A stretch of 37,155 nt of DNA from contig WFRL01000058.1 in the NCBI GenBank assembly GCA_015486555.1, forward strand, positions 1 through 37,155, written 5' to 3'. The notes beneath the pieces were generated by a model. It did not search any database, was not told where the DNA came from, and saw only the letters and a list, made by a program, of their open reading frames with translations. Origin of the DNA: Candidatus Microgenomates bacterium (lineage in GTDB: Bacteria > Patescibacteriota > Microgenomatia > JAADGY01). Below, piece by piece: positions 9,301-17,600 of the stretch. Positions within the stretch are counted from its first letter, which is position 1. Every line of letters starts with the position of its first letter. The translations under genes and the position numbers were made by a program.

Positions 9301-10107
9301 ACTGTCCTCATCTAGTTTTTCTCCTCCCCACCAAATAAGGTTATCCACAGTCTCGGCTATTGAATGAGTCAGAAGCCTGTCCATTTCTTGTTTAACTCTT
9401 TCTAGAGCCTCTTTGTTTTTAGGCAGTTTAAGATTACCCTCAAGGAAAGTAGAGGCCTGCTGGTAGAGGTCTCCTTTTAATTCCTCTACCTGCCTCAGGT
9501 CCGTAGCTGAAGGTGGAGGTAATAGCTCCACCTCCTTGGTTTCAGCTGCTGCTTCGGTTGGGGCCTTTTCCTTGAGAACCTTTTTAAAAGGAAGAATGAT
9601 CAAATAATCAACCGGCGTTTGGTTAGTTTGGTTAATAAGTTGTTTTTCAAGGGCTTCCTGGTATGTTTCAACTACTTCATCGATGGTGCTTACTTCTACC
9701 CTTTCTATTTGCTGGTGGCTGAGAACGGCTAATAATTCTTGAAGGCTAAATGTCTGTTGGAGGTTGCCCCATAAAGCCCCGTAGGCATAGGTCTCCTTAA
9801 GAAGGTTCTTAACTGTTTCGCCTAAGCCATTAAGAATCTTAAGGGAAAGAGTGAATTTTTTTGAAGGAAGATTAATGAGAAGAGTTAGTTCTGGTTGTTC
9901 TTCTAGTTCAGAAAGTGATTGATAAAGGCTTTCTAACCTTTCCTTTCGATCTTGGTGAGTAAGGATTTCTCCGCCTACTTGGACTACTCTTTCTCGAAGG
10001 CCAAGTTTTTCAACCTCAATCAAAAAAAGGAGTTTATTAAAGCACTCTAACCAGCCTTCTATATTTTGAGTCTCTTGCCAACAAGTTTTTTTCTGGGTTT
10101 CGACCAT
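6373..10107 (-). CDS. Large membrane protein with C-terminal CHAP (cysteine/histidine amidohydrolase/peptidase) domain
   Basis: C-terminal QCTEFV, GNAGDWW, GDILVF, GHVGIV motifs; Gly-rich TM cluster in the middle; 1244 aa. Confidence 0.85.
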   Translation of the reverse strand: MVETQKKTCWQETQNIEGWLECFNKLLFLIEVEKLGLRERVVQVGGEILTHQDRKERLESLYQSLSELEEQPELTLLINLPSKKFTLSLKILNGLGETVKNLLKETYAYGALWGNLQQTFSLQELLAVLSHQQIERVEVSTIDEVVETYQEALEKQLINQTNQTPVDYLIILPFKKVLKEKAPTEAAAETKEVELLPPPSATDLRQVEELKGDLYQQASTFLEGNLKLPKNKEALERVKQEMDRLLTHSIAETVDNLIWWGGEKLDEDSLASLVSQKIIDNLLLSEDVQDKIFRQSWLDLRASLKKHPVDLENDLQKSLFSITEKRSDHLEAVNRLAAFSRQAPLNSSDLKNLAKDVIRRQLKLSIPDAAKHEEEINTLAEQAANYITYVKPAEKILIAPSALEKILQESPLVQAHPEVKEIIDTTGVIFKRPSQRMFRLPKGAWKKYLFKSLFTKENNRKLIIEKGLNPFSAYDWLLHPTEEVEKEFEWLKKGSPIRVLGKTVTTRKPLTEGNKLHHQFEEMLKWRKDHEDILKEVKLPFLARSYLKFQRLKTRLIGQPLLKLTTLLSLPSYQLSIRLNHVQKEVQDSRVVQEVINSRHWPIINKILGGVEAVAHPKTLRKKVRRKIRKLWRKSFLGKRVRQARLKIIRTVRKYRHKKVTGFLLRVVATPRRGIRALRKKLAAWWKRFKNSPTGKRFGRIFKGFWLITHPKQLLKKGLIWSLKKIGQLSIKVLSKLGLDLAGLASGVGTVLAVLALIKDLYPFLRRWWKEILTFIAGWLYLIINFILSHLLAVFFGLIGGFLIGGFIGGPVGFLLGFGVGFGLEHLIGSLSTLASSAASLASSLWGTMTAFATSTTGITLALTVIPGGTALVAASLFWYPYLSTAFLKSNLYYQSGGTQYLTLYKNLRLDKVNSKYILKDERSAFPRLSNAAARDKIKLTFRIKMKAEGKDLKIVAVKDVSQIYTKDSQLPSGRLVKTLTYDLTSNFKDLTVGSEEIVDYQFPLQPEYKNSRLANTLQVTIQDNQGKKYQKITGFNTLIGQAPLIGCQEIAAEAEKLVNQLYRCSDNQIADCYCPANPNPALGYFVNSYHCGNTGENGPFKNYIRADANWVEKENHYVQCTEFVNDVYRHLYNGQSLYNLCDNKTFGNAGDWWVNAPQSCSHFLSAIPNQPGKTPSLGDILVFQGGGGNGHVGIVTQLGLNTLTFASANVSQRFITLENNGGWKSILPGLRLVGWLHNLSCQP

Positions 10108-10152
10108 AAGTCCATTTTACCCTAAGGACAGATAAGTTGCTACAATAGTAGT

Positions 10153-11160
10153 ATGGTTATTAAAGAACATCCAATTCCTCAGAATATAACCACCTATAAA
10201 TTCCGCCTGGTGGGGAATATGACTCTAGTTCAGTTCTTGGAGGTCCTAGGGGGGGTGGGTTTAGCCTTTGTCTTTTGGAAGTCTCCTCTTTACCCAATTC
10301 TTAAATTTCCTCTTGCTCTTAGTTCGGCCAGCTTAGGGTTTTTAATGGCTTTTGTTCCTCTCGAGGAGAGACCTCTTGATGTTTGGTTAGTCTCTTTTAT
10401 TAAGAAGATCTACCGGCCGACTCTTTTTATTTACCATTCTCTAGCCCACTTACCACTTTACCAAACCTATAAGCCGGAAAAAAGGGAGGAGGCAACCAAA
10501 TTAATTGCAACTAACAAACTGAATAGCTTTCTCAAAAAGAGTTCTCATTTAGCTGGGGTTTCCCAAAATGATCTTATCCATAAATACATTGATCAGCTTT
10601 TCCAAGAGGAGACAATTGAATCGTCATTCACTAAGGAAGAGAAAAGAGAAAAGAAGAAAACCCAATTACCTAAGGTACCTCCCTCCAGGTTGCCAATTAG
10701 GAGAAAAAAGATAGTTCTAGTTTCGTCCCCTCCTGAGCTGGTTAAGAAAAAAGAGAAGAAACGGGTTAAAAAACCACCTCAGGTAGAAACCATTCTCCAA
10801 ACTTCCCTGTCACCAGTTAAGATTGAGAAAAAGCCGACTGTAAAAGGAACAGCACCGACTTTTGACACATCCTTACCTCGACCAACTAAGGCGAACTTGC
10901 CTTCAGGCATCATTTTTGATGAGGCTAATCACCCCCTAGTGGGGGCAATCGTGGAAATAAAGGATAAAGATGGTCTGCCGCTTCGAGTTACTAAGACTAA
11001 TATAATTGGTCAGTTTACTTTAGTAACTCCTCTTCCTTCAGGAGAATATCTTGTAACCGTGGAAAAAGATGGTTACCAAGCTCAACCTATAAAGCTTAAA
11101 CTTGAAGGGAAAGTGGTTAAACCGTTAAAGATAAAAGCCAAAGAGGTTAAAGGTGCCTGA
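10153..11160 (+). CDS. PrgI-family membrane protein with C-terminal carboxypeptidase-regulatory-like beta domain
   Basis: HPIPQNITTYKFRLVGNMTLVQF, two TM helices, ERPLDVW; C-terminal GIIFD..PLVGAIVEI..GQF..LPSGEYLVTVEKDGY. Confidence 0.8.
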   Translation: MVIKEHPIPQNITTYKFRLVGNMTLVQFLEVLGGVGLAFVFWKSPLYPILKFPLALSSASLGFLMAFVPLEERPLDVWLVSFIKKIYRPTLFIYHSLAHLPLYQTYKPEKREEATKLIATNKLNSFLKKSSHLAGVSQNDLIHKYIDQLFQEETIESSFTKEEKREKKKTQLPKVPPSRLPIRRKKIVLVSSPPELVKKKEKKRVKKPPQVETILQTSLSPVKIEKKPTVKGTAPTFDTSLPRPTKANLPSGIIFDEANHPLVGAIVEIKDKDGLPLRVTKTNIIGQFTLVTPLPSGEYLVTVEKDGYQAQPIKLKLEGKVVKPLKIKAKEVKGA

Positions 11161-12868
11161 GATAAACAGCTCTCCAAGGTTTATAGACCGATAAAAAGGT
11201 TTGTTGATGAAGAACCTTCCCTTGGTGAAAGACTTGCCAGTCAAAGGCAACCTTTGCTCCCCATGAGGGCCACTCAATCTGTTTGACTGTGCCTAGAGGT
11301 AGAGTAGGATCGTTTTGGTAAAGAGGCGGCGGCGGCGGCGTTTGGTCCCAGATTCGAGGAGAAGAAATGATTACCCGACGGCCATCTTTTGTCCCGTAAA
11401 GGTAGAATACAAGATGATGTTTTTTTAGGTCGGTTGAGGTTTGGATAAGAAGGTAACTGGGAAGGTCATTCTTGAATTTAAGATCAACATGAGGGGCGAA
11501 AACAGTAGCGTCAAAACCTGGCGGCGAGTTTTGTTCATAATAACCCACCCGGTAGGAATGATAATGACGTTCGATTATCGGCAGGCCAGCTTTGAGGACA
11601 GCTCGGAAAAGAGTAGTGGAGACTTGGCAGACGCCGCCACCGTCGTCAAGGATAGTTTTACCCTCTTTTATAACATATGATTGGTGGTAGCCAGTCGCTG
11701 CTGAGATCCTTCCTAAGGCTTTATTAAATGAAAAAACCTCTCCAGGGTTAACTAAGATTCCGTTGAGCCGGGAGGCGGCCAATTTTACGTTGTGCATCCG
11801 GCTAGCTGATGAGTGCCAAAACCATGATTCACCTCGCCCGACTAGTTCCTTTATGCCATAAGAGTTTGTGTCCTTAGTAGTTATCTTAGGAGGAAGATAG
11901 TTGCCTTTAATGGTTAAGGTTACTGTGGGAGGAAAGTGGTTGTCTTCTACTGTTCTAGCCAAGTCTAATTCAAGGGTTTGGAAATTTAATTGAAAGCCGG
12001 GTCGGGAAGGCCTAAAAGCAATTACTCGTCCCCCTTTAAACTCAAAGAGAGCATTTTCAGGGGTAGTATTAAAGAAAGCCTGCTTATCTTTGGCTACATT
12101 TTCTAGACTTTCTTTATCTACTGGGGCATAGAAAGAAAGAAGAGATATTTTTTCTTCAGCAGTTAACTCGACTTCTTTCTTGTTTCTTTGGAGGATAATC
12201 TTTGTTTTTAATAACTTGTAGGCCTTAGTGTAGGTCTTTCTTTTAGCTTCGTCAGATGGTTGGAGACTTATTTTCTCTACTGGTAGCTCTATTATTGACT
12301 TCTTTTCTTGAAAAACTAATTTTACTTTTGCTATGAGATTTTCTTGATCAATTTGGTAACCGTCTTTGGCTGGCAGGTAGATAAGCTTTCCCTGATGATA
12401 GCTTAACTTAGCCGCCTGGGGATAAGGCAATTCCTTCTGGAAGGCCTTTTCTAATTGATGACTGAGTTGGTGAGGGTTGATTACTATGCTAGGTTGGAGG
12501 GTTAAAGGCTGATAAAGATTGGTAGTAAAAAATAGCCATCGCTCCAGCCAACTGGAGTTTTTAAATTGCTGTTGCCAATTATCTAGACTCTTTTGAGCGG
12601 AGAAGGAAATGGCTAAATCCTTTAGATTAAAAGAATGATTTTTGCCTTGGAAAGTAAAGGTTATTTCTTGGGGATAGTTAAGGGTATTTAACTGCCCTAG
12701 GGCAAAGAAATAAGGATAGCCGCCAAGCTCTTTGTTAACTATCCTTAGTCTTAAGGGAGTAATGATTCCACTGGTAACGAGCAAACCGCTAAGGAGGTAA
12801 GAAAAAATAAGAAAGGTAATTCCTCCTTGGAGCCAGCTAGTGAAAGTTGATCGGTAATTTAGCCTCAT
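11147..12868 (-). CDS. VanW family protein with peptidoglycan-binding (YoaR-like) repeats
   Basis: RMHNVKLAASRLNGILVNPGEVFSFN, GGGVCQVSTTLFRA, ERHYHS, GFDATV, DLKFKND. Confidence 0.9.
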   Translation of the reverse strand: MRLNYRSTFTSWLQGGITFLIFSYLLSGLLVTSGIITPLRLRIVNKELGGYPYFFALGQLNTLNYPQEITFTFQGKNHSFNLKDLAISFSAQKSLDNWQQQFKNSSWLERWLFFTTNLYQPLTLQPSIVINPHQLSHQLEKAFQKELPYPQAAKLSYHQGKLIYLPAKDGYQIDQENLIAKVKLVFQEKKSIIELPVEKISLQPSDEAKRKTYTKAYKLLKTKIILQRNKKEVELTAEEKISLLSFYAPVDKESLENVAKDKQAFFNTTPENALFEFKGGRVIAFRPSRPGFQLNFQTLELDLARTVEDNHFPPTVTLTIKGNYLPPKITTKDTNSYGIKELVGRGESWFWHSSASRMHNVKLAASRLNGILVNPGEVFSFNKALGRISAATGYHQSYVIKEGKTILDDGGGVCQVSTTLFRAVLKAGLPIIERHYHSYRVGYYEQNSPPGFDATVFAPHVDLKFKNDLPSYLLIQTSTDLKKHHLVFYLYGTKDGRRVIISSPRIWDQTPPPPPLYQNDPTLPLGTVKQIEWPSWGAKVAFDWQVFHQGKVLHQQTFLSVYKPWRAVYLRHL

Positions 12869-12893
12869 ATAAAAATTATGACATACCTTTACA

Positions 12894-12956
12894 TTGGAAC
12901 TCGGAGCTTGGAGCTTGGAACTTGGAACTCAGAACTTAGAACTTAGAGCTCGGAAC
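12894..12956. repeat. Heptamer tandem repeat, 9 units, consensus TYRGARC
   Basis: TTGGAAC TCGGAGC TTGGAGC TTGGAAC TTGGAAC TCAGAAC TTAGAAC TTAGAGC TCGGAAC. Confidence 0.9.
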
Positions 12957-12971
12957 TTAGCCTGTTAACGA

Positions 12972-13164
12972 GTCATTCTGAGGAGCCATAGCGACGAAGA
13001 ATCTAGCGAAGCGCAAAGGTATTAGCACTCAAGTTTTTTTCTAAGCTCTTACTACGGGTTATTAATTGTTTTTCAACCTAGTTCCTCCAACCTAGTTCCT
13101 AGTTCCAATTCCCTGCGCCTTCGGCTAGATCCTTCACTTCGCCTGACGGCTCGTTCAGGATGAC
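12972..13164. repeat. REP/REPIN-like inverted doublet, copy 5 (long-spacer type, similar interior to copy 1)
   Basis: GTCATTCTGAGGAGCCATAGCGACGAAGAATCTAGC ... GCTAGATCCTTCACTTCGCCTGACGGCTCGTTCAGGATGAC. Confidence 0.85.
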
Positions 13165-13217
13165 ACGGGAGATAAGGTTATGGATTTTGGTAATTAGGTT
13201 TTTGATATTGTTTAGGA

Positions 13218-13237
13218 CCTGCCTGCTGGCAGGCAGG
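13218..13237. repeat. 20-bp palindrome embedded in TTTAGGA heptamer tract
   Basis: CCTGCCTGCTGGCAGGCAGG; second copy at 24434-24453. Confidence 0.85.
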
Positions 13238-13310
13238 TTTAGAGTTTAGGATTTAGGATTTATTTTCATCTGTATCCTGATAATATATTCTTAATGTTAC
13301 AATAAGGTAA

Positions 13311-13664
13311 ATGCTGGGACTAAAACTATTAACCGATGTTTTGGCAGATGATAATGGAGTTGATGTCTATGAGAACTTTCTTGTTGGCAATAAACCTTCT
13401 CCCTTTACTAATTTAGCTTCACTAATAAATCTTCTCTATAAGAGTTTATTAGTGTTAGCGGGTATTGTTTTGTTTTTTCTTCTTATTTTGGGAGGGTTTA
13501 ACTATCTAGCCGGGGCAGGCCAGGAGAAATCAAATCAGGTTGAGAAGGGAAAGAAGGCTATCACTGGAGCGATAATAGGTTTTTTGTTGGTCTTCGCTGC
13601 TTATTGGATTATTCAGATTATTAGTTTGCTCACTGGAGTGAAGATTCTTAAATCTAATCTCTAG
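13311..13664 (+). CDS. TrbC/VirB2-like pilin family membrane protein
   Basis: Two TM helices joined by GGFNYLAGAG..VEKGKKAITGAIIG, the typical T4SS-pilin pattern. Confidence 0.75.
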   Translation: MLGLKLLTDVLADDNGVDVYENFLVGNKPSPFTNLASLINLLYKSLLVLAGIVLFFLLILGGFNYLAGAGQEKSNQVEKGKKAITGAIIGFLLVFAAYWIIQIISLLTGVKILKSNL

Positions 13665-13681
13665 TGTATAATTAATTAACT

Positions 13682-14047
13682 ATGCCAGAAACAGGTCTTT
13701 CTATCGGCAACAAAATTTTTGGAGAGATAAAACCGCCGTCTGCAGGTGGAAAAGTAGGTGGATATGAAAGCAGTTTTAGTGGTTTGAGCAGTTTTATTAA
13801 GAATCTTATTTACCTTATCTTTGTTGTAGCCGGCCTTTATGCCCTCTTGAATTTCATTATGGCTGGTTTTGAGTTTATCGGAGCAGGGGGGGATAGTAAT
13901 AAAATAACCAGCGCCTGGAATAAAATCTGGCAGAGCCTCTTAGGTTTGATTATTATGATCGCTGCCTTTGCTCTAGCGGCCGTAGTCGGCCAAGTTCTCT
14001 TTGATCGTTGGGACTTTATTCTCAAACCAACTATTCCCACTCCTTAG
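13682..14047 (+). CDS. TrbC/VirB2-like pilin family membrane protein (tandem paralogue)
   Basis: Two TM helices joined by AGFEFIGAGGDSNKITSAWNKIWQSLLG. Confidence 0.75.
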   Translation: MPETGLSIGNKIFGEIKPPSAGGKVGGYESSFSGLSSFIKNLIYLIFVVAGLYALLNFIMAGFEFIGAGGDSNKITSAWNKIWQSLLGLIIMIAAFALAAVVGQVLFDRWDFILKPTIPTP

Positions 14048-14292
14048 CTTAAAGCAATTGATTCCTAGTTGTTTATTCTTTGTTAGTTAATCCCTATTAG
14101 CCTTACCTAGTTAGAGACAGATAACAATAAGGAATAGTAAACATCCAACTTATTAAAGTGCACTTGTTCTAATCTTTTTTTCCTCTCCAGGTCCCCCAAT
14201 AGGTCGGGGCTAGCTAAGCACCTCTATAGAAAATTCTAAATCCTAAACAATATCACAATCCTAGTGATTTAAATTCAGAACTTTTTTTCCTG

Positions 14293-14523
14293 GTCATTCT
14301 GACCCTCCGTGGCGGAGGGGAAGAATCTAGCCGAAGGCGCATGGATGTGCTCCCAAGCGTGGATGCCAGCACCTCTGCGCTCGCTGTTGCTCGCTAGGTC
14401 CTTCACTTCGCCTGGCGGCTTGTTCAGGATAACCGGGGGAGGTGCGCCTTCGGCTAGATCCTTCGTCGCCACAGCTCCTCAGGATGACGGGGAGGGGGCG
14501 CCTAACAGCTCGTTCAGGATGAC
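14293..14523. repeat. REP-like cluster: one left arm followed by three right arms (copy 6)
   Basis: Left arm at 14293; right arms at 14393-14433, 14453-14488 and partial 14499-14523, each ending TCAGGAT(G/A)AC. Confidence 0.85.
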
Positions 14524-14696
14524 TCCTTAGAAAGGTTTTACTTTATGACTTTACAAACTTTATGCTTTATGAGCTACCCAACTGAATTAATTTTTTAGTT
14601 TAGTTTTGAGTTAAGTAAACGTCTATTTTCAATCTGAATTTTAATTAGGTAAGGCTCTACCCCCTCCAAAAAAGGCCTTATAGTATAATAAGGCAA

Positions 14697-17600
14697 ATGC
14701 AAAAAGAAGTTATAGATAAGCTGAAGGTATTAACTAAAGAAGATTTAAGAGGCATTCGTGTCCTTTCCCTGGGCGAAGGGTTTCAGGTCTACCGTTTATT
14801 GGAAGAAGTAGCTGAAGCCTCTACTTTACTGGAATTAGGAGATACTCGGCCGACAAGGATAGAAAACCAAGTAAAGAGTGATTTGATTAAGAGGGATGCT
14901 CTTGAAAAAGGAAATGAAGCTCTAGAGGAATTAGTTAAAAGCCGTCTTCTTTTTACTGTCCTTCTAATTGACCTCTACCATCAAGGAACAGAAGGAAAAA
15001 GAAGAGTTACTGAATTATTAGAGATTGTTTTTCCTGGGGATGACTCGAGAAAATCCCAGATAATTGACTTTTTAGAGAGTAAAGGTATAACTAACCCTGT
15101 TGGCGTTAAGGTTTTTAATGAGTTTATTAACCAGATAAAGAAAGAGGTCGGTAAAGGTTGGCCAAAAAAGGCGAGAAGAGGAAGCTCCATGAGGCAAAAA
15201 CAATACCAACTTATTAAGTGGTACTGGCGAGTGCGAGGTGTTGGTCTGCTCACTAAATATACAAGGGAGATTCGAGATCAGGGACCAGGGGCACCAAAAA
15301 AAGTAGTGTATCGGTTGAGAATGAAAGGGAAATTTATAGAGATTAGTAGATCAAAAATCATAGAGATTAATAAGTTACTGGAATCTAAGGATAAAGATAA
15401 AGGTTGGGTGGGCCCGAGAATTAAGGCAATTTTTTCAGACCCCAACCTGCAAGAAAGTCTTAAGGAGTGGTTAAAGCGTTCCAAAAAAGAGATTCTTTTT
15501 CTGAGTACGGAAAGAGATACGAGTAAGGAGGAACGGCTATTGGATTTATTAGAAAAGAAAGTGAGACAGATAAAACCGGAAGTATTTGATGAAGAGACGA
15601 GAGAACGACTTGAGGATATTAAGGAGAGAATAAACGAGAGGAGATATCAATTAAAAGATGAAACAGCCGTTGACCTGGTTGAATCAATAACCAATGAGAT
15701 GCAACCTAAAGAAGTTGTGGAAGCAAAAGGAAGATCTAATACTTGGGGTTTAAGTGAGTGGTTGGCCAAGTACTATCGAGCCTTAGACCTAGAAAGGTTT
15801 CTCAATGCTTTGGGGAGGGTTGGTAGATTCTTGAGCCAAGTTAGCAAGTATCAGAAGGAGTTTAATAAATATTTACAGGCTCCAGAGAGTGAGAAAGATA
15901 ATTTGACTCAGTCCTTTCTTTCTCTCCTTAGCGATTTATCCTTAGCTACCAACCTCTTGGAGTTAATGGCTCTTGACAGTATTAAAAGAACTAAAATAAC
16001 TTACCAAGATTTCTTTAACTATACAAGGAAAAAACAGTTAGAATTTCTTAAAGACAATAAAATTATATCTGATGATGTTGCTAGATGGTTCCTGGATGTT
16101 TTTGATTTAGAAGAGGAGATAAAGGAAAAATTTGCTAGTTTGATTGAACGAATACCCAGAAAGACAGCTAAAGAGATTTTTAAGAAGAGGTGGCAAGAGA
16201 TTAACGGAGTTGATACAAGTGATTTTGCTGAGGCACTAGGAGATTTTGAGGATTTGCTTGCAAAAAAAGACAAAGTAACTCCCGACGATTTGCGCCGAAT
16301 AGCATCTCGTTATAGTTATGAAGGTGGAATATTTGATTGGGAAAGTAAACAGAGAGATGAGTTGCGGAATCTTTTTGGTGAGGAGGGGGAGGCAGAGTTC
16401 TTAGATCTGAAAAAAAGAGAATCGTCCTTGAGTGGTGATGAAGAGGAAAAATTGAAAAAGTATTACGACAAGTTGCGCAGTCGGATGTATCAGATTTTAA
16501 ATGACCAGATTCTTGGAGTCAATCAAGAATATGGAAGCCAAACTGTTTTGGAGCCGACTATTCGGATTATTGCTTTGTTAGCTCTTCTGCCTCGAGCAGA
16601 AAGGTCTAATTTTTATGGCTTTCTTTTTGCTTCTAAGTTTGACGTTGCTAGATTGCAGATTAAAGATCTTAGTTACCAGCCTTTCGACCACATTAAGATT
16701 AATGGCCTTCAGGGTTTAGAGTTTGAGATAAATGTAGAAGAAGGAAAAACAGAGACCTTGACTGTTTTTGATTTTTTAGATGTTTGGGAGGAACCGGCGA
16801 ATAAATACTTTGTTCACTCCCAGGAACGTGATAGATTAAAAGATCCTAAAAAGTGGGAAAGTTGGGTTGTTCAGTATGCTCTGGCTTTAACAGAGAGTGA
16901 ACGGCAGAAGATTGAAAAGGCAGTTATGAAGCAGACGGTCAAGGAACGTTTAGGTATAGAGTACGATGAGTTAAGTAGCGAAGAGAAGAGTAAAGTTGAG
17001 GTTCTTATGTTGGCTGCTTTAGGAGTGTCTAATGCTACCTTTAGGTCAGCCTTTATCCACACCGGCGCTGACATGAAAGAAACCGGACTCCTTAAAGGAT
17101 TAATTGGCTCCTCATTAGCCGCAGAACTTTATATCAATCTGTATGGTGGCTTGGGGCTTAGTCAGGAGATAATAACTACTATGTCCGATGTCCTTTCCCG
17201 AACTCGGAAGGGTAGGCTTCCTATCCTTGAGTATATTACTAAAGATGAAGACGTGTTTGGAAATAATGAAGATAAAAAAGAAATATTTAAAAATGGGATG
17301 AAGGTTCTTTTCCTTTTACCAATGAATAATGGCTTCCGCCGGATAGGTGAGGTTCATTTATTAGCTCGAGATAAAGAATTGAGGGAGGAGTTATTTAGCC
17401 ATCCCCTGGTGGCGGAGATGATTACTTTAATTGATACTACACCGGAGCTAAAGGAGAAATTAATAAACGTGTTTGAACTTAAGGGAAAGAAAAAGCCGCT
17501 TGATGCAAAACAGGTAGGAGCTCGAGAAATTTTAACTAAAATAATGGAGAAGTGGAGCTATCATTATCTTTTACGGAATGAAGAAAATAAAGAAGAAGAA

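Noticed and set aside
13022..13030. Perfect CIRCE half-site TTAGCACTC inside doublet 5, and GAGTGCCAA in copies 2 and 3
   Set aside because: No second half-site at 9-nt spacing; it is part of the repeat's variable core.
14275..14530. ORFs 14309..14530(+) and 14275..14472(-)
   Set aside because: They lie entirely within the GC-rich repeat cluster and are most likely chance open frames.
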